From positions 160,001-224,000 of the forward strand of contig CAVTET010000001.1 in the NCBI GenBank assembly GCA_963733675.1: DNA of 64,000 nucleotides. The letters run 5' to 3'. Under the pieces are notes generated by a model that was not told where the DNA came from, made no database searches, and worked only from the letters and a program-made list of their open reading frames with translations. A program made the position numbers and the translations under genes. This DNA comes from an uncultured Methanosarcinaceae archaeon (GTDB lineage: Archaea > Halobacteriota > Methanosarcinia > Methanosarcinales > Methanosarcinaceae). Shown here in pieces: positions 11,694 to 22,458 of the stretch (its first letter is position 1; every line of letters begins with the position of its first letter).

Positions 11694-12155
11694 TCATTCG
11701 AGTTGTATTTTTTTTGCTGGCTCTTCAAGCTCCATTTTTGGGAGTGTTATAGTCAGGACACCATTTTCAATTTTTGCAGTGCTCCCCTCCTCTTTAACTC
11801 TTGTAGGCAGGCGAACAGCTCGGTAAAAGTGGGTATATTCTCTTTCCTTACGAATATATCCTTCCTCTTCGGTTTCTTTTTCCTTTCCGCTCTTTGCACT
11901 TATCTCAAGCATGTCTTCTTTAAGGTTTAGCTCAATATCCTCTTTATTTATTCCTGGAAGGTCGGTAGTTACCAAAAGCTTGTTTCCTTCGTCCTTGATG
12001 TCAATGGCAGGAGTAAATACATTTCCTCCCCCCCATTTTTTCATTGGCATGAAGTCTTCAAACAGCAGGTTCAGGCGTTCCTGCGTTTTCCTAATCTCTT
12101 CAAAAGGATCCCAGCGTGTGGGTTCTGAAATTGTTCTCTTAGCAGGCCAGTTCAT
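11694..12155 (-). CDS. Small heat shock protein (Hsp20/alpha-crystallin)
   Basis: WDPFEE N-terminus, PAIDI, DLPGINKEDI, AKIENGVLTITLPK, C-terminal IQL motif. Confidence 0.95.
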   Translation of the reverse strand: MNWPAKRTISEPTRWDPFEEIRKTQERLNLLFEDFMPMKKWGGGNVFTPAIDIKDEGNKLLVTTDLPGINKEDIELNLKEDMLEISAKSGKEKETEEEGYIRKEREYTHFYRAVRLPTRVKEEGSTAKIENGVLTITLPKMELEEPAKKIQLE

Positions 12156-12472
12156 ATCAAATATCTCCGTAAAATAAAGTTATAACACGATAGTTGTGTT
12201 ATTTTGAATATATTGAAGAAGGATATATAACATTTTCTTTAACAATTTCACTGAAATGGGGGTATTAATCATTTTCAAATTTGTTCAATTACCCAAGGAC
12301 AATCCCTCAAATCTAAAAATTTTTATTTTAATTATAAAGTGTTTGTAATAGCTCTCCTCGGTCTTTTTAAGTTTATAATTTGATCTAAGGTTAATATGCA
12401 TTGCTTTTTTAGGGAAAAAAATCTTAATGTTAAATTTGTGAGTATTTTCCTCAAATAATAACAACATAATTA

Positions 12473-12788
12473 ATATAAAATTATTTGTTGATTTTAAAAC
12501 ATTTTATGGGAAAGTAATTTTTATTAATAAACTATTTTTTGTATAATTAATTTAAAATAATCAAATGATTAATTGTACATTGGAGCTTAAAGCGAACAGA
12601 TAGATAGTAAAAGAGTGAAAAAGTGAGAGAATATAAAATTATTTGTTGATTTTAAAACATTTTATGGGAAAGTAATTTTTATTAATAAACTATTTTTTGT
12701 ATAATTAATTTAAAATAATCAAATGATTAATTGTACATTGGAGCTTAAAGCGAACAGATAGATAGTAAAAGAGTGAAAAAGTGAGAGA
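12473..12788. repeat. Tandem duplication, 2 x 158 bp
   Basis: 12473-12630 and 12631-12788 read identically by eye (ATATAAAATTATTTGTTG...AAAGTGAGAGA). Confidence 0.95.
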
Positions 12789-12797
12789 TGACCGGTA

Positions 12798-12839
12798 GTA
12801 TGTGTGAGTGTATGGGGTGTATGTGTGAGTGTATGGGGT
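12798..12839. repeat. Tandem repeat, 2 x 21 bp (GTATGTGTGAGTGTATGGGGT)
   Basis: Two exact adjacent copies. Confidence 0.95.
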
Positions 12840-12846
12840 AATTGTA

Positions 12847-12936
12847 GAGAATTTCGATAAAACCTCATTTTTAGCAAATTGCTTATTATGGATTGTATAA
12901 ACATTTGAATAAAAATTGAAGTTTATCGAAAGTCTC
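12847..12936. mobile_element. 90-bp MITE-like element with IS5-type terminal inverted repeats
   Basis: GAGAATTTCGATAAA ... TTTATCGAAAGTCTC (14/15 complementary), TA on both sides. Confidence 0.7.
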
Positions 12937-13906
12937 TAAATATAATGACACTACAAAGCTACATTTATTTTACAATGATATCTCAATAACAAAAATTAGT
13001 GGTTATGATACAGAATTATTCGTGTTTATGTTTGTTGAAAATCGTAAACACAATATTCTCTCTACATTTTCCCAAAATAGTAGACATAATTATTTTCCAT
13101 ATTTGATCAACGATTCAAAAACATAATATGAAGTTTTATTTTGTGAATATATATTGTCGACTTTTGTTGGTATACAAAGTATTTTCTAAGTTCTTTGCAA
13201 TATCCTCAATCAAGAAGTACAAAATTGGCAAATCGAGGCATTTTTTATATTAATATAGTTCTAGAGGAGGCCTTTTTCGAGGATTCCCTTATAACCACCT
13301 TTTTATTTAGTCATGAGAACATAAAATTTTGTGCTATCTGATATTGACTATGTTGACAAAAAAAATGATTAAGTAGCAGAATTAATGAAAAAAAAATAGA
13401 TTTATAAGCTAATAATTTTGATTTGGGAGCTGGCTAAAAGAAATTTTGTACGATCTTTTATACAAAAAATCCCTATTATATCTTTTTTTAGAGATAAATT
13501 GATTGGGTAACATAGTTCCCATTTAATAGTGCAGAGGCAGCTTAAACCATAAATCAGTTGGTTAATAACGGCTCTCTAGGATATCTTCATTACGCTGTAA
13601 ATTTCGGAGTATTCTACAGGAATAAACTCAAAAATATGATCCTTCTCCGCAAAAATCTCCAAATCATTTCGGGAGAATATTACTCATTTTTACTTCAGAA
13701 CTCTACAATATTGAATTTTCTAGAAGTGATTACAAAATATGTGATTAAGATGTATGGATGAAGTTTTTCCTGCTAATTATTGAGTATAATCACTAAATAA
13801 ATAAAAAAAGTAATTTGGAATTACAGCAAATCAGAACTACTGATTCATACAAAAAGTTTTTATCTTAAAACGCATAATTCGTATTCCTCAATAGGAAAAG
13901 CAAATT

Positions 13907-13981
13907 GGGCTCGTGGCTTAGCCTGGATATAGCACTGGGCTTCTAACCCAGACGTCGGGGGTTCAAATCCCTTCGAGCCCG
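13907..13981 (+). tRNA. tRNA-Arg (anticodon TCT)
   Basis: Cloverleaf: acceptor GGGCTCG/CGAGCCC, anticodon arm CTGGG-CTTCTAA-CCCAG, T-loop TTCAAAT. Confidence 0.96.
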
Positions 13982-14653
13982 CTCATTCCTTATGATAATT
14001 TCTAATACCATTCAAATCAGCAATTAATTACATTTTTTATTCGTTATCAAATATTTTGATCCAATTCTTAACACGTACTTTAGATTTAGCTAATTTTGTA
14101 TATTTATGCTTGATAGACTCTCGGTGTCTTATAACAAACTTGGTTAATTATATTTAAATTTCTTTTAAATTTTTTTTATATAATCTAAAGTAAATTTAGG
14201 TAAGGTGAATAGAATGACAAGAATACTATATAATATTAATATCCAATTTTTTTGCCTTTTTGACCATAATGCATGAACGATGTTTTTTGGGTTATTTAGT
14301 ACAACTATAATATCAAATTATTTTTGTAACATTTAAGATATAGTTCTCTTTGCTTTCTTGAGCTGGGGTATAATATAGTCTCTAACCGGCAAACCATCCT
14401 TTTTGATCTTAGTAGTGATTTTCGGGACTTGTAAGGTTCGGAACGACTGCTTTTTATAAAAAAATTTATAAAATATCGATTTCATAACTCACAATAATTT
14501 TTAAAAAAATTAAAGGGCAGAATATTAAAACTCGATATTAATTTATTTCAGGATTAAGGATTTTGGAACTCGCTCTCAAACCACAAAACCAGGATTCAGG
14601 ATCAATTTCAGAATGGAAAAAATAAAATGTGGGAATAAAATGTGGGATATGAT

Positions 14654-16585
14654 ATGGAACAGATAGCAGATGAACAAATCAATGAATCCGATAGCATGTC
14701 CATGCTACAGGAAATTAATGAAAAAAGCATTGATCCTGCCAGTCAGACCATGCTTCATAAAGCTGAGCAGGAAGGTATAGAGACTGCTTGGGATCGATAT
14801 GAGAAACAAATCCCCCAGTGCAGTTTCGGACAACTTGGAATTTGCTGCCGGAATTGCAATATGGGCCCATGCAGGATAGATCCCTTCGGTGAAGCTGTCG
14901 AGAAGGGAATTTGTGGCGCTACTGCAGATATTATAGTTGCAAGAAATCTTCTGAGGACCATTGCTGCAGGTGCAGCCGCTCATTCAGATCACGCAAGGGA
15001 CGCAGTGCTAACCTTTAAGAAAATGAGTGAAGGAGAAGCTGGAAATTACACTATCAAAGACAAAGCAAAGCTACTATCTATTGCCTCTGAATATGGGATT
15101 CTTACGAAGATGAAAAGCTGTGAGGAAATGGCATCCGAACTCGCAGATGCGCTACTTCTTGAGTTTGGAAAACAAAATGGTCCCCTCCTGTGTACAAGGC
15201 GGGCTCCTGAGCCGCGGCTTAAATTATGGACTGAACTTGGAATAGAGCCTAGGGGGATTGATAGGGAGATTGTTGAATGTATGCACAGAACTAATATGGG
15301 TGTGGACAATAATGCAACTCACATTCTGCTACATGGACTGCGTACAGGACTGTCGGATGGCTGGGGAGGATCGATGATTGCAACAGATGTTCAGGACATA
15401 CTTTTCGGAACCCCACAACCGCGAAGGAGCACTGTTAATCTTGGGGTACTTTCTATGGATAAAGTAAACGTGATAATCCATGGGCATGAACCCATTCTTT
15501 CGGAGATGATCGTGGAAGCCTCTGAAGACCCCGAGCTCCTTAAACTTGCAAAGAAAACAGGGGCAGCAGGCATAAATGTTGCAGGGATCTGCTGTACTGG
15601 GAACGAAAACCTGATGCGTCATGGGACTCCAATAGTAGGAACCTTCCTTCAGCAGGAACTGGCAGTAATCACTGGAGCCGTGGAAGCTATGGTCGTAGAT
15701 GTCCAGTGCATTATGCCCTCACTAGGCGACCTTGCAGGCTGCTACCACACAAAATTCATATCCACGTCACCAAAGGCCGACTTTCCTGGGACTGTGAGAA
15801 TGGAATTCTATGAAGATAGAGCTTATGAAACCGCAAAAAAAATAGTAAGGATAGCCGTCGAAAACTTTTCTTCCCGAAATCCCGAGAAGATAAATATCCC
15901 GAAAGAAAAGCAGGAATGTATGGTTGGTTTCAGCGCTGAAGCCATACTTAGTGCGCTTGGTGGAAGCCCTGACCCTCTCATTGAGGCAATAAAAAACGGG
16001 ACCGTTTGGGGAGTAGGTGCGGTCGTGGGCTGCAATAATGTAAAAATAAAGCATAACTATGGGCATGTCAATCTTGTTAAGGAACTTATAAAAAACAACG
16101 TTCTTGTGGTTACAACCGGTTGTAATGCAATTGCCTGTGCAGAAGCAGGGCTTCTTGTTCCGGGAGCCTCCGAACTTGCCGGTGACGGGCTAAAAGTAGT
16201 ATGTGAGGCGCTTGGTATACCTCCTGTACTGCATATGGGTTCCTGCGTTGACATCAGTCGCATTCTGCTACTTTCATCAATCCTTGCAAGCCGACTGGGT
16301 GTAGATATAAGCGACCTTCCAGCAGCAGCAGCTGCTCCTGAATGGATGAGTGAAAAAGCAGTCAGTATCGGGGCCTATGTAGTCGCCTCAGGAGTTCTCG
16401 TTGTTCTAGGCACTGTTCCGCCTGTTCTCGGAAGCCAGGCAGTTACAGCCCTTCTGACAAACGGTTTAAACAATGTTGTCGGAGCAAGCTTTGCGGTTGA
16501 GCCTGATCCCATTAAAGCCGCATACCTGATGCTGGCACATATTGACGGGAAAAGAAGGTCATTGGGCTTGAACTCAGTCAGGTGA
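14654..16585 (+). CDS. cooS: Anaerobic Ni-Fe carbon monoxide dehydrogenase catalytic subunit (monofunctional type)
   Basis: D/B-cluster Cys pattern CSFGQLGICCRNCNMGPC...GICG; C-cluster ligands in GHEP, GICCTG, DVQC, VGCNN, TGCNA, GSCVD; start may be 14642 or 14654. Confidence 0.96.
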   Translation: MEQIADEQINESDSMSMLQEINEKSIDPASQTMLHKAEQEGIETAWDRYEKQIPQCSFGQLGICCRNCNMGPCRIDPFGEAVEKGICGATADIIVARNLLRTIAAGAAAHSDHARDAVLTFKKMSEGEAGNYTIKDKAKLLSIASEYGILTKMKSCEEMASELADALLLEFGKQNGPLLCTRRAPEPRLKLWTELGIEPRGIDREIVECMHRTNMGVDNNATHILLHGLRTGLSDGWGGSMIATDVQDILFGTPQPRRSTVNLGVLSMDKVNVIIHGHEPILSEMIVEASEDPELLKLAKKTGAAGINVAGICCTGNENLMRHGTPIVGTFLQQELAVITGAVEAMVVDVQCIMPSLGDLAGCYHTKFISTSPKADFPGTVRMEFYEDRAYETAKKIVRIAVENFSSRNPEKINIPKEKQECMVGFSAEAILSALGGSPDPLIEAIKNGTVWGVGAVVGCNNVKIKHNYGHVNLVKELIKNNVLVVTTGCNAIACAEAGLLVPGASELAGDGLKVVCEALGIPPVLHMGSCVDISRILLLSSILASRLGVDISDLPAAAAAPEWMSEKAVSIGAYVVASGVLVVLGTVPPVLGSQAVTALLTNGLNNVVGASFAVEPDPIKAAYLMLAHIDGKRRSLGLNSVR

Positions 16586-16591
16586 TTTGCA

Positions 16592-17107
16592 ATGAAAGAT
16601 TTAATGATACGGCCCGAACGCTGCCTAGGATGTCGCTCCTGCGAGATTGCCTGTGCTATTGCCCATTCAAAGAGTAAAAGCCTTTTTTCAGCTTTGGGAG
16701 AACAGCCGGCTCCAAAAAAATGCATAAATGTGGATTGTTCACCTAATCTTGAAATTTCCATTCCGATAACCTGCCGTCACTGTGAGAACGCACCTTGTGT
16801 ATCGGTTTGTCCCACAAAAGCTCTTTCCCAGAATATAATCACCAACATTGTAAACTACAATCCTGAGCTCTGCGTAGACTGCTGGACCTGTTCCATGGTT
16901 TGCCCTCGATTTTTGCTCCTATACAGGTTGATTCTTGTCATCGGCTGTTGGACCAGTTCCATGGCCTACAATCGTCGAGTGATCAGCAGACAAACTGAAG
17001 TGGGGGTAAAATGTGATCTCTGCAATGGTAGGGAGTTGCCTGCCTGCGTCGAGGCCTGCCCTACTCATGCTCTCGTATTTGCCGAGGTAAAAGATATTTT
17101 GGGATAA
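16592..17107 (+). CDS. cooF: 4Fe-4S dicluster electron-transfer protein, CooF-like
   Basis: Four Cys clusters (CLGCRSCEIAC, CRHCENAPCVSVCP, CVDCWTCSMVCP, KCDLC...PACVEACP); 6 nt downstream of cooS. Confidence 0.88.
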   Translation: MKDLMIRPERCLGCRSCEIACAIAHSKSKSLFSALGEQPAPKKCINVDCSPNLEISIPITCRHCENAPCVSVCPTKALSQNIITNIVNYNPELCVDCWTCSMVCPRFLLLYRLILVIGCWTSSMAYNRRVISRQTEVGVKCDLCNGRELPACVEACPTHALVFAEVKDILG

Positions 17108-18282
17108 AACGCATCGAAACTGACCTGAATATCTCACCGTTGATGCAGGAAGAGTCCTTATGATGACTTTCAGCTTCCCTGAAAACATTATGGAAATATG
17201 ATATTTGTGCCTTTAGATGTCTGAAAAGAAACAAGATTTTGTTTTCTAACATAGAAGGGGAATCAAAATTTAGCGTTGATTCCTAGCAATTAACAAACAT
17301 CAATAAAAAAACCCAAAAAGCAACAATAAGTCTCATATTTCTCTTAGATATAACTTTAGTTCTTGTTCGTGAATCATTATCAAATCTGAAAAAACGATTA
17401 TCTCCATCTTTTTGGGGGAAATACAAGACATGATTTTGCTTCTGTTTTCAGTAACTCATGGATACTACCCCTAAACGGTAATATCATTTTAAGAACCTCA
17501 TTTTTACTTCATAACAGTTGTGATCAAATATTTAGGTTCTCTATTTATTACGGATCATTTAATAGTGGTAGTTGTACTTGATAGAATACTTCTCCATTGT
17601 AAGAAGATAGGCATAAAGGGAAAATTAAAGGCTTAAAGAGAGAAAGAGACCGGAATAAAAATTGGAGTTCCATATTTCTAATTTTATAGAAATCCGTGAA
17701 AATTGGTGAATATTATATCCAAATGTGTGAATTTTTAAACGGTTAAATTGGGGAAAAATGAACAAGTCCTAACACCCTGCAGGGTCTTTCTGAGTCTCTA
17801 GCTGCAGATAAGGGGTATGCAGATTTTAATGGACCATTTTTTTCCATGACCGTAAAGATCAGATCATTTCCCTTATTAATTTCCTTAACCACTATTCAAA
17901 AAACATTTCCCTAAGAGCGTCTTCAAGAATAATTTGGGAATAAGACGACATTGGTACACCGAGATTTAAATCATAATATAAAAAAAGTGTTCAGGAAAGA
18001 GGATATTATGCTTAACCGATGACGCATGAATTAAAATATTTAATTTTTGACTAACTTTGGAATCGCAGTCTAGCTGCAAATAAGATTTTTTTAGGCACTT
18101 TTTGCCGCAAAATATGGGTTTTAATATTAACAATGCTTATCGTATGTCGTCAGTTCACATATGTGATGATATTTTCGGGGTGGTGGAAGGTTCTGCAATG
18201 AACTGCATATCCATTATACCTAGAGCAGATAGAAATGTGAATTTAAAACTAGTAAGAACACATGAATCTAAAAGGTTAAAGT

Positions 18283-18756
18283 ATGAAGGGAGAGATATTT
18301 GAAAGAACGAAGCATATTGTCCTAGACATTGATGAGCATGCAGTTGAAATAGCCTCTGAAGTTCTTGATGACGAGCTTGCCATTGAAATAGCCTGGGAAG
18401 CTATTAATTTAGTTGAACTGTATATTATTATGCGTATAGTAGAACATATGCTCATGATAGCTGAGTATATGCTTCTGGAAGTTAAAACTAGTCCTATTCA
18501 CCTGATTGAACCAAGACATGGTCAAAATATGGAGTTAATAGTTGATTTCTTTGAAAAAGGAGAATCCCAGCTACGGCAAATATTCAGAGCATATAGCGTT
18601 TTAGAGGCAGAAATCAATGTGCTTAAATCTTTAATGACTGGTTCTATGAATGAGATATTGCAGTATAACAATTTATTCATGGAACCTGGTAGAGCATCAG
18701 CTTATCCTTCGGTTTCGCATTTAATCGAAGCCTTGCCCTACACCTATTGTTGTTGA
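18283..18756 (+). CDS. Divergent corrinoid-protein N-terminal cap (B12-binding_2-like) domain protein
   Basis: EIFERTKHIVLDIDE...EIASEVL and QNMELIVDFFEKGESQLRQIFRAYSVLEAEINVLKSLM resemble the four-helix cap of MtbC/MttC-type corrinoid proteins; no DxHxxG motif. Confidence 0.45.
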   Translation: MKGEIFERTKHIVLDIDEHAVEIASEVLDDELAIEIAWEAINLVELYIIMRIVEHMLMIAEYMLLEVKTSPIHLIEPRHGQNMELIVDFFEKGESQLRQIFRAYSVLEAEINVLKSLMTGSMNEILQYNNLFMEPGRASAYPSVSHLIEALPYTYCC

Positions 18757-19109
18757 TTGAATTCATCTTCAACATTACTAACTTCATTTTTTTTGTTGTT
18801 ATATAAATTACTATCAACACAATGATTTCAAGGAATAAGACCTATTTTTGGTGCCGAATATTTTCAAGCTGACCTTACCTTTGTTTTCTCTCATTTCCCC
18901 TTTTTTTGATAGATGGTGGCAAAAAGAATTTAATGAATCTTCTTTGTTTATCGAGTTCTTTTACTTGGATTGATGTTCTCACACAAAAAATGACATAAGT
19001 AGTATTTATGCATTTGAACCAGCTCAATGCAGAAAGCATCTGTATTTGAGGTTATTTTTCCCCTCTAAATAGGTTTACGTGTTTGAACACTATACTAGTA
19101 TACTATACG

Positions 19110-19313
19110 GTCACAATTGTGACTAAATTGTTACCAGGGCCGCTGTGAGGCTACGCAATGGACTGCAGATCCATCTAATCAAGGTTCGATTCCAGGATCT
19201 TATTTGAAAGGTTTTCATAGATACTAGAAAATCTTTGAGGTGATATTTGCCTCATAAAGAAGGTTCAAATATAAGTAAAGGTTAATAATAAGTATAGATT
19301 CACAATTGTGAAT
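19110..19313. promoter_or_regulatory. Pair of palindromic operator-like sites with core TCACAATTGTGA
   Basis: GTCACAATTGTGAC (19110-19123) and ATTCACAATTGTGAAT (19298-19313); the palindromes are seen directly, the regulatory role is inferred. Confidence 0.5.
19133..19204 (+). pseudogene. Degenerate tRNA-Cys(GCA)-like sequence
   Basis: 27-nt identity (AGGCTACGCAATGGACTGCAGATCCAT) with the tRNA-Cys at 19704, plus GGTTCGATTCC; acceptor stem cannot pair. Confidence 0.75.
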
Positions 19314-19550
19314 TAAGTGTTGCAGATTCCTAGTGATTTCACTCGTTAGGTATGTACTTAACTCGCTGGGTAAGGTGATCAACTCAAAGATGTGAAAGCT
19401 CTAGTCGTAGATGAACAGACCCTATAATTATTCTCAACCCCCACTTCTTGCAGAAGTCCACAATATGCCACCATCTTCTCAATGTGGCGATATCCAAAAA
19501 TTAATGCCGCTTTAAAAGGGATTCATTGGGAGAATTGGCAACTAAATTAG

Positions 19551-19640
19551 AGAGGATTTAGATAACTCCCTAAATTTCGTCATATGCTTCTAAAATCAAT
19601 ATAAATTATTTTTGAAAATAGGGATTTATCGAAATCCTCT
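19551..19640. mobile_element. 90-bp MITE-like element with 22-bp terminal inverted repeats
   Basis: AGAGGATTTAGATAACTCCCTA ... TAGGGATTTATCGAAATCCTCT (20/22 complementary). Confidence 0.75.
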
Positions 19641-19703
19641 ATAAGATTGTGTATATCCGCGAGATATAAGGCACAAAATCTATGGTTCAAAACTAAAACG
19701 GAT

Positions 19704-19775
19704 GCTGAGATGGCGGAAAGGCTACGCAATGGACTGCAGATCCATTTTACTCCGGTTCGATTCCGGGTCTCAGCT
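19704..19775 (+). tRNA. tRNA-Cys (anticodon GCA)
   Basis: Acceptor GCTGAGA/TCTCAGC with U73, D arm GCG/CGC, anticodon arm ATGGA-CTGCAGA-TCCAT with G37, T arm TCCGG-TTCGATT-CCGGG. Confidence 0.95.
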
Positions 19776-19788
19776 TAGAGGTAATCTC

Positions 19789-21176
19789 ATGGATCTAAGA
19801 ACACAAAAGACTTTTGAGGCGCTTTTTGCCCTTGAAGATATTCGGGAGGTCCTCAGACAATCACTTCCAAATGTCACAAATCCTGAAGAAGAACATTCCA
19901 TTAAGGAAGGTGTAGACAAAGTCAGAAAGATCCTGGATGAGATAGAGAACGGTACTGGAACTCCACAAGTTAGGAAGATAGCAGATACTATTGATATCCG
20001 ATCCAGAGAAGAAACATGCATCAACATACAGCCAATTCAAGCGGCTGGGAGGCTTACTCCTGAAGCACGAAAAGCGCTTATAGCGTATGGAGATGGCTAT
20101 TCCACCTGTGATGCCTGCCGCAAACCTTTCAGGCTGGACAAAATTAGAACTCCGCCTATCGCACCGTTTCATGAACAACTTGCTAGCTTCCTTAATATGG
20201 ATGTTGCACGCGTAGTGCCAGGTGCAAGGCGTGGTTTCCAGGTAGTGACTTCCACTCTTATCAATAAAGGTGATTCAGTGATAGTCTCATCTCTGGCTCA
20301 CTATACTGAGTTTCTCGCTGTAGAAGAGGCAGAAGGAACAGTAAGAGAAGTACCTGTGAACGAGTACAATGTTGTGACTGCAGATGCAACTGCTGAGAAG
20401 ATTGAGGCGGTAAAGCAGGAAACAGGCAAACTGCCTGTACTGATAATGATTGATCACTTTGATTATCAGTATGCCAATGAACATGATGTAAAAGGCATAG
20501 CAAAAGTTGCACATCAGTATGATATTCCTTTCCTATATAACGGCGCATACACTGTTGGCGTCATGTCAGTGAATGGAAAGAAAATTGGCGCGGATTTTGT
20601 CGTAGGCTCAGGCCACAAAAGCATGGCATCACCTGCACCGTCAGGAGTGCTGGCAACAACCGATGAATGGGCTCCCAAGATATTCCGAACTACGCAGATG
20701 GTTGGTGATGTCACAAACGTAAGTTTGGCATCAAAGAAGTCGAGATGCTTGGATGCACACTAATGGGTTCGACATTGATAGGTATGATGGCTTCTTTCCC
20801 TACTGTCAAGAGTAGAGTACAGAATTGGGAAGAAGAAGTAAAGAAGTCAAACTATCTGATTGATGGTCTACTTGCTGTAGAAGGTGGTAAGGTTCTCTCA
20901 GAATACCCACGCAAACATACCCTGTCAAAAATTGACACAAGTAGAAACTTTGATATCATTGCACAGGGTCATAAACGCAAAGGGTTCTTCCTTTCAGACG
21001 AGCTTTCAAGCAAGGGCATTGTTGGAGAATTTGCAGGAGCTACGCGGGTTTGGAAATTAAACACATACGGGCTTTCCTGGGAGACAGTCCGCTATGTAGT
21101 AGATACATTCCAAGGAATTACTGAGAAATACAAACTTCAAGTAAACAGGGAGAATGATTCCAATGGTAGTAAATAA
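19789..21176 (+). pseudogene. pscS: O-phosphoseryl-tRNA:Cys-tRNA synthase (SepCysS) with N-terminal extension, frameshifted near 20715
   Basis: INIQPIQAAGRLT, GYSTCDAC, SGHKS (PLP Lys) in one frame; KFGIKEVEMLGCT...KLNTYGL in the next frame; adding one A at ACAAAC restores a single ORF; RBS GAGGT before ATG 19789. Confidence 0.9.
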
Positions 21177-22458
21177 CTATAAACTAGGAACTCTTGCCCT
21201 TCATGCTGGACAGATTCCAGATCCAGCTACAGGAGCACGAGCAGTACCGATATATCAAACTACGTCTTATGTCTTCCGAGACACTGATCATGCAGCTAAT
21301 CTTTTTGCCCTCAACGAGCTTGGTAATATCTACACCCGTATAATGAACCCAACTACTGACGTTTTCGAACAGCGTATAGCTGCTATTGAAGGTGGCACAG
21401 GAGCACTTGGAGTTGCGTCCGGTTCAGCTGCAATAACCTATGCTCTGTTAGCGATTACTAGGCTTGGGGATGAAATTGTCTCTGGGAACAACCTCTACGG
21501 CGGAATCTATGAACTTTTTAATTACACTTTCCCTAAGTTAGGAAGAAAAATTATATTTGTTGATTCAACTAATCTGGAAGCTTATCAACATGCTATTACT
21601 GAAAAAACGCGGGCGATTTATATTGAATCAATAGGTAATCCAAAATTGGATATTCCGGATTTTCAGGCGCTTGCAAATATTGCCCATAGAGCTGAAATCC
21701 CACTTGTTGTAGATAACACGAGTGCTGTCGGGCTTGTTAGGCCTATTGATCATGGAGCAGATATCATTGTGCATTCAGCAACCAAATTTATCGGTGGGCA
21801 TGGGAATTCAATCGGTGGTTCTATAGTCGATTCCGGAAAATTCTCCTGGAACAATGGCAAGTTCCCAGAATTGACAGATCCTGATCCCAGCTATCATGGT
21901 TTGAAATACTGGGATACGTTTTCAGAATTTCCGGGTCTTGGTAATGTAGCATTTATCTTTAAAGTAAGGCTGCAACTTCTTAGGGATACAGGTGCTGCTC
22001 TTTCACCTTTTAATGCTTTTCTATTGCTTCAGGGACTTGAAACACTGCATCTGAGGATACAGCGGCACTCTAAAAACGCCCTCAAGGTAGCAAAATATCT
22101 TTCAAGTCATCCAAAAGTCTCATGGATTAATTATCCAGGTTTACCTGATCATCCAAGTCATGAGCGTGCATCTAGATACCTAATAGGTGGTTATGGTGCA
22201 TTGATAGGTTTTGGGGTGAAGGGCGGTATAGAAGCAGGTAAAACCTTTATAAACAATCTAAAGCTGTTTTCACATGTTGCCAACATAGGAGATTCCAAAA
22301 GTCTTGTCATTCATCCTTCAACTACCACACACCAGCAGCTAACCTCAACTGAGCAGGAGGCAACAGGCGTTACGCCAGATTACATACGCCTTTCCATTGG
22401 TATTGAGGATGTCGAAGATATAATCTCAGATCTGGAACAAGCTCTTGAAAAAGTGTAA
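21154..22458 (+). CDS. O-acetylhomoserine aminocarboxypropyltransferase / O-acetylserine sulfhydrylase (MetY/Met17 family)
   Basis: [40 protein letters not shown] (PLP Lys), [20 protein letters not shown]. Confidence 0.93.
   Translation: MIPMVVNNYKLGTLALHAGQIPDPATGARAVPIYQTTSYVFRDTDHAANLFALNELGNIYTRIMNPTTDVFEQRIAAIEGGTGALGVASGSAAITYALLAITRLGDEIVSGNNLYGGIYELFNYTFPKLGRKIIFVDSTNLEAYQHAITEKTRAIYIESIGNPKLDIPDFQALANIAHRAEIPLVVDNTSAVGLVRPIDHGADIIVHSATKFIGGHGNSIGGSIVDSGKFSWNNGKFPELTDPDPSYHGLKYWDTFSEFPGLGNVAFIFKVRLQLLRDTGAALSPFNAFLLLQGLETLHLRIQRHSKNALKVAKYLSSHPKVSWINYPGLPDHPSHERASRYLIGGYGALIGFGVKGGIEAGKTFINNLKLFSHVANIGDSKSLVIHPSTTTHQQLTSTEQEATGVTPDYIRLSIGIEDVEDIISDLEQALEKV

Noticed and set aside
17785-17830. 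ESLAADKGYA peptide resembling a DDE transposase motif
   Set aside because: Too short and without supporting flanks to call a feature
19702-19788. ORF-track start of pscS at 19702
   Set aside because: These 29 codons are the tRNA-Cys sequence; the RBS supports ATG 19789
20705-20725. Programmed ribosomal frameshift in pscS
   Set aside because: No X XXY YYZ slippery heptamer or evident downstream structure; a simple 1-nt deletion suffices
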